Notes under the pieces: generated by a model | The model's database searches: none | What the model saw: the letters and a program-made list of their open reading frames with translations, nothing else | What the model was told of the DNA's origin: nothing | Position numbers and translations under genes: made by a program | Shown: positions 10,152 to 20,448 of the stretch, in pieces | Layout of the letters: each line of letters opens with the position of its first letter | Position numbering within the stretch: position 1 is the first letter of the stretch | Assembly: GCA_963796285.1 (NCBI GenBank) | Contig: CAWCKW010000012.1 | Location: forward strand, 352,001-416,000 | Source of the DNA: Nitrospirota bacterium | GTDB lineage: Bacteria > Nitrospirota > UBA9217 | Reading direction: 5' to 3' | Length of the DNA: 64,000 nucleotides

Positions 10152-11567
10152 AAATCCTTGTAGCAATAGCAAACTTCGGAACGAAAAACGCAATGTACTT
10201 AGAAAAGTTACTTGATGAATATCGTTCCATGACAAGATTTGCGGTTGATATAGTAGTCTTTTCAAATATTCCAAAGGACCTTGGTCCAGATGTTGAAGTG
10301 ATCGTTGGACTTCCTACGAAAGACCCATGGTCGTTGCCGTTTGGTCATAAGGCGTTGTTTGCCGAGCGGATGCAGCAGTATGATCTGTTTATTTACTCGG
10401 AGGATGATACCCTTATAACCGAACGGAATATCGATGCTTTCGTCAAGATGACAAAGATACTCCCCGAGAAGTATATCGCCGGATTCCTTCGCTATGAGAT
10501 CTCGGAAACAGGAAGAAAATACTACAATGACTTTCATAATCGTTTCCATTGGGACCCTAATTCGGTTCTAACAATCGGCGAGTATATCTTCGCTTATTAC
10601 ACGAATGAACATTCAGCGTGTTTTATTCTGACCCAGGGCCAGCTGCAAAAGGCGATCAACTCGGGAGGCTTCCTTTTGCCGCCGAGAAAAGGGCGTTATG
10701 ACATGCTCGTTACCGCTGCCACAGACCCCTACACTCAATGTGGGTTGAAAAAGCTCATCTGTATATCTCATTTGAATGACTTCTGTGTCCATCATCTTCC
10801 TAATGTTTACATCGGCAAAATGGGGGTTGATGTCGAGTCTGCAGATCGGGAGATCGATAGGCTTAGATCACTATACGGAACGAACGTAGTTCGAGGACCC
10901 CTGTTCGATACAAACACGCAGCTCGAACACGATAGATGGGAAAAAAGGTACCATGAACCTTGTCGAAATGACATTCTTTCTCTGGTCCCGAAAGGCGTTA
11001 AACGGGTATTGTCAGTCGGCTGTTCATATGGATCGACTGAATCCGAACTGGTCAAGCAGGGGATTGACGTCGTTGGGATCCCTTTAGATTGCGTTATTCA
11101 GGTAAGCGCGGAGGCGCGAGGCATCAAAATGGTCCCCCCAAATTTCGAAGCGGCCATGGATGCACTGCGGGGAGAGGACTTTGATTGCATCCTATTCCCT
11201 GATGTTCTTCAACATTACCCCGATGCCACCTATTTACTGAGAGAATTTATGAAACTGCTCGGGAAGAATGGCTCCATTATTCTCAGTGTTCCGAATTTCA
11301 ACCACCTCTCGGTGGTGCGCAAGAGGATGCTTGGAAAACTTCTGCTTTCTAAGGTAAACCACAAACACTCCTTTGAGAAGTATAAGATCCATTTCACAAC
11401 TCGACATATGCATTGACTCATGGTTGGAAAGATGCGGGCTGAAGGTGATGCGGTCGTACCGCCAGGTTGATTCACACCGAGAACAGTTGAATCGTTTCAC
11501 CATGGGATTGTTGAAAGGTATCCTGTCGAGTAACGTTGTCGTTCTATGCAAGCGGACCACGGTCTAA
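10148..11567 (+). CDS. Putative GT-like domain fused to a class I SAM methyltransferase, frameshift near 11410
   Basis: N-terminal DLFIYSEDD; C-terminal RVLSVGCSYG, FDCILFPDVLQH, ILSVPN. Confidence 0.65.
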
Positions 11568-11665
11568 TACAAAGATTATGTACGTATGATATTTACGAGC
11601 GTTTTACAGAGAAAAACAGCCGGATGCGCTGCTCCTGTTTCCTGCAAGCCAGGGGGTGGCAGGAA

Positions 11666-12608
11666 ATGACGGCGCTTGAGGCAAGAGTGGGTGTTGTGAT
11701 CCCTCTGTACAACAAGGGAACATTAGTGCGGAGGGCATTGAACTCGGTCCTTGGCCAGACCTATCAGAACTTCGAGGTAGTAGTCGTGGATGATGGCTCG
11801 ACCGACGAAGGACCGGATGTGGTCCGCGAATGTTCCGATCCGAGGGTCCGGTTGATACAACAGGCAAACGCAGGACCAGGGGCAGCCCGCAATCGGGGAG
11901 TTCAGGAGACGCGGGCGCCGTACCTTACTTTTCTCGATGCCGATGATGAGTGGATGCCTCGTTTTTTGGAAGTATACGTGGAGTGCTTAAGACGCAATCC
12001 GGACTGCGATGCTGTCATCGGTCCGACGCTGTTCGGACAGGAGAAGAAAGACCGATGTGCGGTGTGGCAACGGATGGGGATCAAAGAGGGTGTCTGGTCC
12101 CTCGGGACCGATCCAACCTGGGAAAGCCTGTCCAGCATGATGGACCTGTTCGCGACCGGACGCGCTATGTACCGTAGTCCGGCGGTCATTCGGTATGGAG
12201 GGTTCTACAGCAAGGACAAGTGCCGCTTCAGCGAAGACAAGTATCTATGGCTGCAGGTGGTATTGAACCACAGGGTTTTCATTCTTATGAAGTCGCTGTT
12301 CTGGTATCACTCGGAGGACTCTCAACTCTACCCGCCAAGCATGTATTGCAGGCCAGGGTTCATACCGCCTAGCGCTGACCGACCCGGATGGAATCCGCCG
12401 AAACTGTCCGTCCCAGTTCATGCCCATCCTTCAGAAGTACCTGTGTCATGAGGCCCTTCGGACATTGCATGAGAATGCATATACGCCGCAGGCCTCCCGG
12501 GTCATCGAGCTCATGGAAACTCTGCCTCTGAAAAGGTCCTTTCCGTGGCGATACGCCAAGGCCCGAGTCAAGACGTTACTCTATCAGTCCTTCGGGGTAA
12601 AGCGATGA
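11666..12608 (+). CDS. GT2 glycosyltransferase, frameshifted 3' end
   Basis: VVIPLYNK, VVDDGSTD, GPGAARNRG, FLDADD, SED. Confidence 0.85.
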
Positions 12609-13511
12609 TGAGACTTGTTCGATCTATGATCCGGTCCATTGTCCCGCCGGCCATTCTTCAGAAATACCGCTACCTGCGTGCGCGTGTGCTCAGTCTGGGA
12701 TTGAAGGGAGGCGGAAATCCATGTCTTGACTCCGGAAGAACGCAGGGCCAGCGCCCGTATCTCTGTGGTAGTTCCAATCCACGATGCCCCCGAGGTGACC
12801 GCCCGGTGCCTGCGCAGCCTGGAGAGAAACGGCGGTGACGCCGAGGTCATCCTGATCGACGACGGCTCAAAACTGGACCGAACACGGGAGGTGATTGATC
12901 AAGCCGTCGCCCGAAATAGCTGGGCACTGTCCCGTCATGCAACTGCCCGCGGCCACAGCCGTGCGTGTGAGCTGGGGGCGACAATGGCCCACCGGGAGTA
13001 TATTTGCTTTTTAAATTCGGACACCGTTGTGACTCCGTTCAGTTGGGCGGGTATGGTCAAGGCCCTCAAGGCAGATCCTCGAGTAGGTGTGGTGGGCCCC
13101 TCCACGAGCAATGCGAGCACACGCCAAATGATTCGGCGTGCTGAACTCTGCCACTTGTATTGGACAGATGAGCAGATCGATGAGTTTGCTTTCCGGCACA
13201 CTACCAAAAACCACGAGGCTGCCCCCGTGGACATGGAGTATGTGGGGGGGTTTGCTTTTATGGTGGCCCGATCTGCCTGGATAGAAAGCGGGGGATTTGA
13301 CCCGCGTCTTTCAAACTATGGCAACGAGGTCGACTTATGCCGGCGATTGAAGGAGCGAGGGTATCGGATACTTGTGGACGCGGTCAAGCTACATCCACCA
13401 CTTCGGAGAGAGCAGCTTTCTGCAGCATTTCACGTCCGAGGAACTGCGCCATCAGCGCGTAATGGCCACGTCGCTACATCAGCTCAAAGCCGGAATAAGC
13501 AGGCAGGATAA
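12605..13511 (+). CDS. GT2 glycosyltransferase, frameshifted
   Basis: SVVVPIHD, LIDDGS, FLNSDT, GGFD...YGNEVDLC; frame changes near 12720 and 13375; end uncertain. Confidence 0.75.
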
Positions 13512-13862
13512 CCATGAATTTAAAATCAAAAGAAATCTCACACGAAGGCACCCTCGACAGAAAACATTCGAGGGCAGGCCCCGACACGAACCAACTAAGA
13601 CATATCTTCCAATATCGGCTTCAAGTGATAAATTACTTACGCTTGGCCGTTTTAGTGTGAGCGGTAATGATTCAGATTTAATACACAATTGTTTTCTTGC
13701 ACGTTATGATTTTTTATTGTCTTATTTTATAAAAAGGATTATTGCAATTAATAAGTAAATCTTTTAACATAAGCGTGCAACAGTGCAAATGCGGGGCGTG
13801 TATGCCTTGTCCCGCACACAGAGTACCCACACAACCGGGAATATCCTGAATTAAAGGAGCAC

Positions 13863-15092
13863 ATGAAGATAGCATTGGCATCGGCGGAATATCCCCCTGA
13901 AACAGGCTTCGGCGGGCTCGGGAGCTATGTCTATAAGCTGGCCCACAGCCTTACGGCCCTCGGTCATGACGTCACGGTGGTTTCCAGCGCGCTGAAGGAA
14001 ACGGACGTGGCGACCCGGAAAGACGGCCGGGTGACTGTTTATCGCATTCCGAAACCGCGCTACTCCCTGAAGGGGTTCGGTCGTTCGATCAATAATATAA
14101 TTTATAGTTTCAGGCTGCACCGGGTCCTGAAACGACTGGTTCGCGAAAAGGGAATAGAGGTCATCCAGTTTCCGGAATATCTGGGTGAGGCACTGTTTCA
14201 CAGCGTCCTGGGCCGGACCCCGTATGTTATCCGGTTTTCGACGCCCCGCTGGATGGTGGACGAATTGAACGAGGGACAGTCCCTAAAGGCTGGGCCGCGG
14301 GCCATGATCAATCATTTGATTGATATCTGGACTGAAAATACGCCGCCGCGCCGGGGCCGGGCATTCATCTTCCCCAGCCGGGACCTTATGGGCATCATGG
14401 AGCGCCGGATCGGACTGAAGGGTATTAAACGGGTGATCTATCCGGGTGTGGATGTGGAAAGGTTCAGGCCCGGTATTGATCCAGACCTGCGCCGAAAATA
14501 CGGGGTGGATGGTTCGCTCGTCGTGCTCTATGTCGGAAGGCTGGAATTCAGGAAGGGCGTCCATATTCTGGCTGAAGCGGCGTCCCGAATTGCTGATCGG
14601 TTCCCCCAGGTGCAATTTGTCTTTGTCGGATCCGATACAAAGTCCGCACTGGCCGGGGGCTCGATGCGCACCTACACCGAGCAGATCTTTCGGAACAACG
14701 GGAACGGGAAGGCGTTAAAAATCATCGATTGGGTGGGACATCAGGATATTGCCGGCATTTACGGGCTGGGGGATATCCTCGTTGTCCCGTCTCTCTACGA
14801 AAATCTCGCCAATGTCCTGCTGGAAGGTATGGCGGCCGGATTACCCATAATCACCACATCGAGCGGTGGATCGGCTGAGGTTGTAGTCCATGGGACCAAT
14901 GGGCTCGTGGTGCCGCCGGGAGATCCAGAGGCCCTGGCGGGAGCGTTATCGGACCTCTTGACGGATTCTGAAACACGGGACCGATTTTCCAGAAATAACC
15001 GGGAAAAGGCCCTGAAAGATCTGAGTCTCAGTCGGATGGCCCGTGAGTCTCTGGAAGTTTACACACAACTGTTGGGAACGAAAAGTCCTTGA
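13863..15092 (+). CDS. GT4 family glycosyltransferase
   Basis: EYPPETGFGGLG, YVGRLEFRKG, PSLYENLANVLLEGMAAG (EX7E). Confidence 0.93.
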   Translation: MKIALASAEYPPETGFGGLGSYVYKLAHSLTALGHDVTVVSSALKETDVATRKDGRVTVYRIPKPRYSLKGFGRSINNIIYSFRLHRVLKRLVREKGIEVIQFPEYLGEALFHSVLGRTPYVIRFSTPRWMVDELNEGQSLKAGPRAMINHLIDIWTENTPPRRGRAFIFPSRDLMGIMERRIGLKGIKRVIYPGVDVERFRPGIDPDLRRKYGVDGSLVVLYVGRLEFRKGVHILAEAASRIADRFPQVQFVFVGSDTKSALAGGSMRTYTEQIFRNNGNGKALKIIDWVGHQDIAGIYGLGDILVVPSLYENLANVLLEGMAAGLPIITTSSGGSAEVVVHGTNGLVVPPGDPEALAGALSDLLTDSETRDRFSRNNREKALKDLSLSRMARESLEVYTQLLGTKSP

Positions 15093-15146
15093 TGGTTTGT
15101 TTACTAACTAAGCGATCAAATTTTCTCAAAATGGAAACAAAATTCA

Positions 15147-15276
15147 GCCACGAAAACTCAAAGACTCAAAGAAAACACCATGAATTATGGACTTAATACG
15201 TCACTAACCCCTGTAAGATTTCTTTGTACCTGCGTGTCTTCGTGCTAAATTTAGCTTCCGGCTTGTCCCGGTTAGG
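15147..15276. repeat. Intergenic palindromic repeat element
   Basis: gccacgaaaactcaaagactcaaag ... ctttgtacctgcgtgtcttcgtg, then ttccggcttgtcccggttagg, a tail similar to 44130-44153. Confidence 0.5.
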
Positions 15277-15293
15277 GGTTGGGGGGGAGTGAA

Positions 15294-15629
15294 ATGCCGA
15301 GAGTAACATTTTTGCCGGAAGGTAAAAGCGGTGAGGTTCCGGAGGGTATCAGCCTCCTTGAGGCTGCCGGAGTGTTGGGAGTGGAGTTAAACCAGGAGTG
15401 CGGCGGTGTTTCTTCCTGTAGTACCTGTCGAGTCAAGATCGCTGAAGGTAGCGGCACAACATCCGTTCTCTCGGAAATAGAGATCGATGAACGAGAAGTC
15501 CTCGATCGTGAGCAGCTGGATGGAAATTATCGGTTGGCCTGTCAGGCAAAGGTGAGAGGGGATGTTGTGGTCGTGGTCCCTCCTCCGGTCAAGCCGCTGG
15601 CAGATAAAGCCCTTCCCGGGTCGAAATAA
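15294..15629 (+). CDS. 2Fe-2S ferredoxin
   Basis: CGGVSSCSTC and RLACQ motifs; GGAG RBS before ATG 15294. Confidence 0.92.
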   Translation: MPRVTFLPEGKSGEVPEGISLLEAAGVLGVELNQECGGVSSCSTCRVKIAEGSGTTSVLSEIEIDEREVLDREQLDGNYRLACQAKVRGDVVVVVPPPVKPLADKALPGSK

Positions 15630-15646
15630 TTCATGTGATGCAAAGA

Positions 15647-15781
15647 ATGATGAATTCGTAAAAAATTCAAGATTTGCCGCAAGATGCACAAAAACACAAA
15701 GGTAATGTCTACAAGACTGAAATTTTATCTGAGCCCTTTGTGACTTATGTGGCTAAAAATGACTTTTTACGAGATTATCAT
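15647..15781. repeat. MITE-like element with a nested palindrome
   Basis: Imperfect terminal IRs atgatgaattcgtaaaaa / tttttacgagattatcat enclosing cacaaaaacacaaagg ... cctttgtgacttatgtggc. Confidence 0.6.
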
Positions 15782-15815
15782 GAATACACGTATGGAGTAA
15801 ACGGAGGTTATTTGA

Positions 15816-16943
15816 ATGGATTCTGTCTGGATCAGAAGGATTGTCAACCTGCCACAACAAATAAAGGAGAGGGGTCTGGGACGCTACGCGAGTCATGTTG
15901 TCCGGCGGCTCGGCGAGGAACTGGCGCAGAACACCAATTTTACCCATGTCTTCGTCAAACCGAGCGTGGCGCATATCGAGCCGACCACCCGGTGCAATCT
16001 CAAGTGCATACATTGCGACCATACCTATTGGGACCGGACATGCCCCGACCTGACCTACGAAGGTTTCCGGCGGATCATCGATCAGATGCCCCACTTGGAC
16101 CGCGTGATCATGCACGGAATGGGGGAGCCGCTGCTCAACAAGGACATTTACCGGATGGTCGAGTATGCCTCGAAAGAACGAAAACTCAAGACGATCATGA
16201 GCAGCAACGGCATGCCGCTCGACGAGGCGAGCGCCCGGAAGTTGATCGCCAACGGTCTGCAGGTCCTGTCCCTTTCGGTGGACGGCGCGACCAGGGAGAC
16301 CTACGAGAAGATCCGGGTCCGCGGTAATTTCGACCGCTTGGTCCGGAATATCAGGCGCCTCATCGAACTCAAAAAGGAGATGAATTCCGAGACGCCCTGG
16401 ACCTACTTATCGATGGTTTGCATGAAGGACAACATCCATGAGTTTTTAAAACTGATCGAACTGGCGAAGGAGTTGGGCGTGGCCGCGGTCCAGCCCCAAT
16501 ACATGCATTTCTGGGGAAAGGACCAGGAAACAGTGGTCAGCGTCAAGGGTGTCAATATCAAGGATGAAATTCATGGGAAACAAAATCTATTCGACAACAT
16601 ACCCCGGGATGAGATGGCGGAGATCAGGCGGATGTCCAACGAAAAGGCGGCGGAACTGGGAGTCCAGTTGATCCGGCCGTTTTTCGAGTGGGAGGCAAGC
16701 GATCACACGCTTTGTCATGTGCCATGGGTTGACATTTATATTACCGCCGACGGATATGCCATCCCCTGTCCGATACAGGGGACCGACCCCCGTCTGGTAA
16801 ATTTCGGTAACCTTTTCGAAAAGTCATTCGACGAGATCTGGAACGGGGACCTCTACAAGGACTTCCGGCGACGGCTGGTATCCGACGACCCGTCGCCGAT
16901 CTGCAGGGACTGTGTCTATCGCAAACGCAGATGGACGGTTTGA
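15816..16943 (+). CDS. Radical SAM protein with SPASM/twitch domain
   Basis: CNLKCIHC, GMGEPLL, CHVPW...IPCP...FGNL...IWNG...CRDC. Confidence 0.92.
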   Translation: MDSVWIRRIVNLPQQIKERGLGRYASHVVRRLGEELAQNTNFTHVFVKPSVAHIEPTTRCNLKCIHCDHTYWDRTCPDLTYEGFRRIIDQMPHLDRVIMHGMGEPLLNKDIYRMVEYASKERKLKTIMSSNGMPLDEASARKLIANGLQVLSLSVDGATRETYEKIRVRGNFDRLVRNIRRLIELKKEMNSETPWTYLSMVCMKDNIHEFLKLIELAKELGVAAVQPQYMHFWGKDQETVVSVKGVNIKDEIHGKQNLFDNIPRDEMAEIRRMSNEKAAELGVQLIRPFFEWEASDHTLCHVPWVDIYITADGYAIPCPIQGTDPRLVNFGNLFEKSFDEIWNGDLYKDFRRRLVSDDPSPICRDCVYRKRRWTV

Positions 16944-16967
16944 GAATAGGGAAAGGATAACCTGGTA

Positions 16968-18506
16968 ATGCAGTCTCTTACGGCTATTAAAAACATCCTG
17001 TTCAGCCTTGCAAATAATATGATAGGCCTGCTGAGCGGTGTGGTCCTGTCCGTCATTATTGCCCGCTACCTGGGACCGAAAAATCTTGGCGCCTATCACC
17101 TCGTGCTCTGGGCGATCAGCATCGCCGTGCTGTTCGTGAATCTCGGCATTGCGATGAGCCTCCAAAAGCACGTGGCGGAATTCCAGGGCCGGAACGATCG
17201 CCGGTCCATCGCGGGTCTGATCAACTTCCTGATACGGATACGTGTCACCGTCGCGCTGGCGGTGACCTCGGTCCTGATCATTTTTTCCGGCGCTATCGCA
17301 GGTTATTTCAATTTGCCGGATGCGCGGCAGTATATCATATGGTCCGCGATTTCGATCCTTCCTTCAGCCCTTGGCGAGATATTCAGCGCGAGCCTGATCG
17401 GGATCCAGAAGTATCATTATTCAACGGTGATCAACCTCGTCGTGACACCGCTGTCGTTTGTTCTGTCGCTGTCGGCCCTGCTCGCGGGATACGGCATTAT
17501 CGGGCTGCTGGTCGTGACCGCGTTTATCAGCGTCATCGGCGTCATGGTCAACTATTGGGCCGCCAGACGCGAAGGCCTGCTGGATTGGTCGGCCCGGCTG
17601 CCCCGCGATGTGCGGTCCGGAATCGCACGGTTCAATCTCGGGGTAATAGCCATGAACTTTCTGGATGCCATCGTCTGGCAGCGTTCGGAAGTTTTCTTTC
17701 TGGGAAAGTTCCGGACTGTGCAGGAGGTGGGTTTTTATTCGCTGGCATTTGGTTTTACCACCACTACGGTCTCCTTTTTTGCCAGCGCGATAATCAATGT
17801 GCTCATCCCGATCCATTCAAAGGCCTTTGGTGCTCAGGATCCTGGCGCCATGCAGAAGATTTATCAGAAGTCGATACAATACATCGCGATGGTTTCCCTT
17901 CCCGTGGCGATCGGCGGCGCTGTGCTGGCCGATCGGTTAGTCCTCAAATTGTACGGCGCTGAATACCTGCCGGTCGCGGCGGCCATGTCGATACTCTTCC
18001 TTGCGTCGGCGGGCGGCCGGATCGGGGGCGCCTTCGCCAGCGTCATGTACAGCGCGAACATGGTGCGTATAAAAATTTATACCGCCATTATCTGGGCCAC
18101 CATCAATATTACCCTCGACCTGTTGTTGATCCCCCGTTATGGCGTGATGGGTGCGGTAATCGCCAACAGCGCCACGCAGTTAATGGGAGTATGCACCGGA
18201 CCGTTCATCATCTATTATCTTTTCCGTTTTGTTTTTCCCATCGCTGTGTTTTTAAGGGTTCTGGCCGGCGCCCTGACAATGGGCGGAGTTGTATGGCTGC
18301 TGAAGGATCTGTTTCCCGGCACGGCCGGACTGATCGCCCTTGTCGCGATCGGAGCAGTGATCTACCTCTTTGCGGTGCTCCTGTTCCGCGCGGTCTCAAC
18401 GGAAGATATCGATGTATTGAAGCGGGGCAACAAACGCCTACCGGGATTCCTCCAAGGTACCTACAGCGCCATAATGAATCTGGCGTCCCGCGTGGCGGCC
18501 CGATGA
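16968..18506 (+). CDS. wzx: Polysaccharide flippase (Wzx/MOP family)
   Basis: About 12-14 TM; ARYLGPKNLG, VGFYSLA, LIPRYGVMGA. Confidence 0.88.
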   Translation: MQSLTAIKNILFSLANNMIGLLSGVVLSVIIARYLGPKNLGAYHLVLWAISIAVLFVNLGIAMSLQKHVAEFQGRNDRRSIAGLINFLIRIRVTVALAVTSVLIIFSGAIAGYFNLPDARQYIIWSAISILPSALGEIFSASLIGIQKYHYSTVINLVVTPLSFVLSLSALLAGYGIIGLLVVTAFISVIGVMVNYWAARREGLLDWSARLPRDVRSGIARFNLGVIAMNFLDAIVWQRSEVFFLGKFRTVQEVGFYSLAFGFTTTTVSFFASAIINVLIPIHSKAFGAQDPGAMQKIYQKSIQYIAMVSLPVAIGGAVLADRLVLKLYGAEYLPVAAAMSILFLASAGGRIGGAFASVMYSANMVRIKIYTAIIWATINITLDLLLIPRYGVMGAVIANSATQLMGVCTGPFIIYYLFRFVFPIAVFLRVLAGALTMGGVVWLLKDLFPGTAGLIALVAIGAVIYLFAVLLFRAVSTEDIDVLKRGNKRLPGFLQGTYSAIMNLASRVAAR

Positions 18507-18567
18507 AAGACCCGGCACGTCAGGGTCGATACGCAGGTAGTCAGACGCAGTCAGATCCTTTTTGATA

Positions 18568-19542
18568 ATGATGACCAAGACCGACATCAGCATAGTCCTC
18601 TGTACTTATAACAGGGCATCAAGCCTGGCGGCAGTCCTTGAATCACTCGCCGAGCTCAAGACGGCGGATGGTCTGTCACATGAGATTCTAGTTGTGGACA
18701 ACAACTCGAGCGACAACACGCCGGACGTGATCGAGTCCGTGAGGGCTGTGCATCCCGCTCTGATCCGGCATGTGTTCGAGTCCCGGCAGGGTCTGTCCTG
18801 GGCGCGCAACAGGGGAATAGAAGAGGCCGGGGGAAGATTGATCGCCTTTACCGATGACGACATTGTCGCAGACCGGAACTGGCTGAGCGAAATTTCCCGG
18901 GCTTTGGTCACGTATCCGCACGTCGGGTTTGGAGGCCGGATCCTGCCGACATGGGATTTTACCCCGCCATCATGGTTCATTGACAGCGGGTCGTTCAGCA
19001 TGATGAAAGGGGGTATAATTGTCAGGCATGACCTTGGAGACAAGCCGCTTGAATACACGATGGATCAGCAGCCTCTGGTGGGGGCGAACATGGCGTTTCG
19101 CCGCGAGGTATTCGAACGTCACGGGCTTTTCCGGACCGATCTTGGAAAGACCGGGAAGCGCGTTTTATTCTGCGAGGACTTCGAGTTTTGCAGGCGTCTG
19201 ATCCGGGCCGGAGAGAAACTTCTGTATCTTCCCAGGGCAATCATCTATCACCCGGTCGATAAAGCGAGGATGACGAAAAACAACATCACGAACTCGTATT
19301 TTAATATCGGCCGGTCGTTCGGCCGGTGCAGCAATTATCCCGAGGACGCGGTCCGCTGGTTCGGAGTGCCGCGTCATTTCTTCAGAAAGTTCATCGGGCA
19401 GCTCATAAGGTATGTGGTAAGGCTGGGCTGCGGTCAATTTCCGAAGGCGTTCTACCATAAGCTGGAGAGCTACTGGTATCTTGGCCAGATCGTTGAGATG
19501 TTTCGTTTTCCTTTTTTCCAGAGGGGCGCTGGTAATCGTTAA
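18568..19542 (+). CDS. GT2 glycosyltransferase
   Basis: SIVLCTYNRA, VVDNNSSD, GLSWARNRG, FTDDD, GANMAFRR, CEDFEF. Confidence 0.92.
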   Translation: MMTKTDISIVLCTYNRASSLAAVLESLAELKTADGLSHEILVVDNNSSDNTPDVIESVRAVHPALIRHVFESRQGLSWARNRGIEEAGGRLIAFTDDDIVADRNWLSEISRALVTYPHVGFGGRILPTWDFTPPSWFIDSGSFSMMKGGIIVRHDLGDKPLEYTMDQQPLVGANMAFRREVFERHGLFRTDLGKTGKRVLFCEDFEFCRRLIRAGEKLLYLPRAIIYHPVDKARMTKNNITNSYFNIGRSFGRCSNYPEDAVRWFGVPRHFFRKFIGQLIRYVVRLGCGQFPKAFYHKLESYWYLGQIVEMFRFPFFQRGAGNR

Positions 19543-19765
19543 AACAACCACGGGGTAACTACAGGGAAGAAGACATTTGGCAGGATTTGGCAGGTCTTAA
19601 TCCCGGCATTTATATTGAAAAATATCTCACTACCCGGAAGGAAACGGTAAAGGAAATCAGTAGCATAAATTGAATTCAAGACTTGAATTATTTCTTTTCT
19701 CATTCTGCGGACATATATTATGGTTATAATTAAATTTCCTCTACGAAGGCGGGCATAGATATATT

Positions 19766-20431
19766 ATGAATAAACAGCTTTATACATCCGGTGAATATGT
19801 TACTCACTTTCAGCCGGATACTGATAAGAATCCATTCCGGGAAATTTATTCCGAGAAACGGGACTACCTGCTTCGCCGGATTCCCGGAAAAAACCTTCGC
19901 ATCCTCGATCTCGGCGGCGGTATGGGCAGGCTTACTATTCCACTCTCAAGCAAGCACCGGGTTACCCTTGCCGATCTTTCAATGGGAATGCTCCAACTGG
20001 CCGGTGAAAACGGGACCGGATTTGATCGCGTCAACTGCGACGCGGAGGAATTGTGTTTCAAGAATGAAAGCTTTGACTGTGTATTGAATATCGACCTGGT
20101 CCCTCACTTGGCCAGTCCAGCCAGGATGCTGTCCGAGATTCGTCGAGTGCTGAAGCCCGGCGGGATGCTTTTTATCGATGCAACCAACAGCAATCCACTC
20201 TGGGTCCTGAAGTATCCTAGTTACGTAAATCCGTTGCGGAGGCCGGTGCGATGGCTTCGCACCGTTATGGGCGACGGGATCCCGCCCGAATGGCAGGGAA
20301 AGATACATCATCTTTCCAGGAGGCGTTTTGAGCATCTGCTGGATCAGGCCGGTTTTTCTGTTTTGGAGTGGGCTTCTTTTGGTCCATTTTGGTGCCCTAA
20401 ATGGTTTCTTGCGGTCTGTACGATGCGATAA
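19766..20431 (+). CDS. Class I SAM-dependent methyltransferase
   Basis: ILDLGGGMG, SFDCV, RVLKPGG. Confidence 0.9.
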   Translation: MNKQLYTSGEYVTHFQPDTDKNPFREIYSEKRDYLLRRIPGKNLRILDLGGGMGRLTIPLSSKHRVTLADLSMGMLQLAGENGTGFDRVNCDAEELCFKNESFDCVLNIDLVPHLASPARMLSEIRRVLKPGGMLFIDATNSNPLWVLKYPSYVNPLRRPVRWLRTVMGDGIPPEWQGKIHHLSRRRFEHLLDQAGFSVLEWASFGPFWCPKWFLAVCTMR

Positions 20432-20448
20432 TGCAGTAAGGAGAATCG

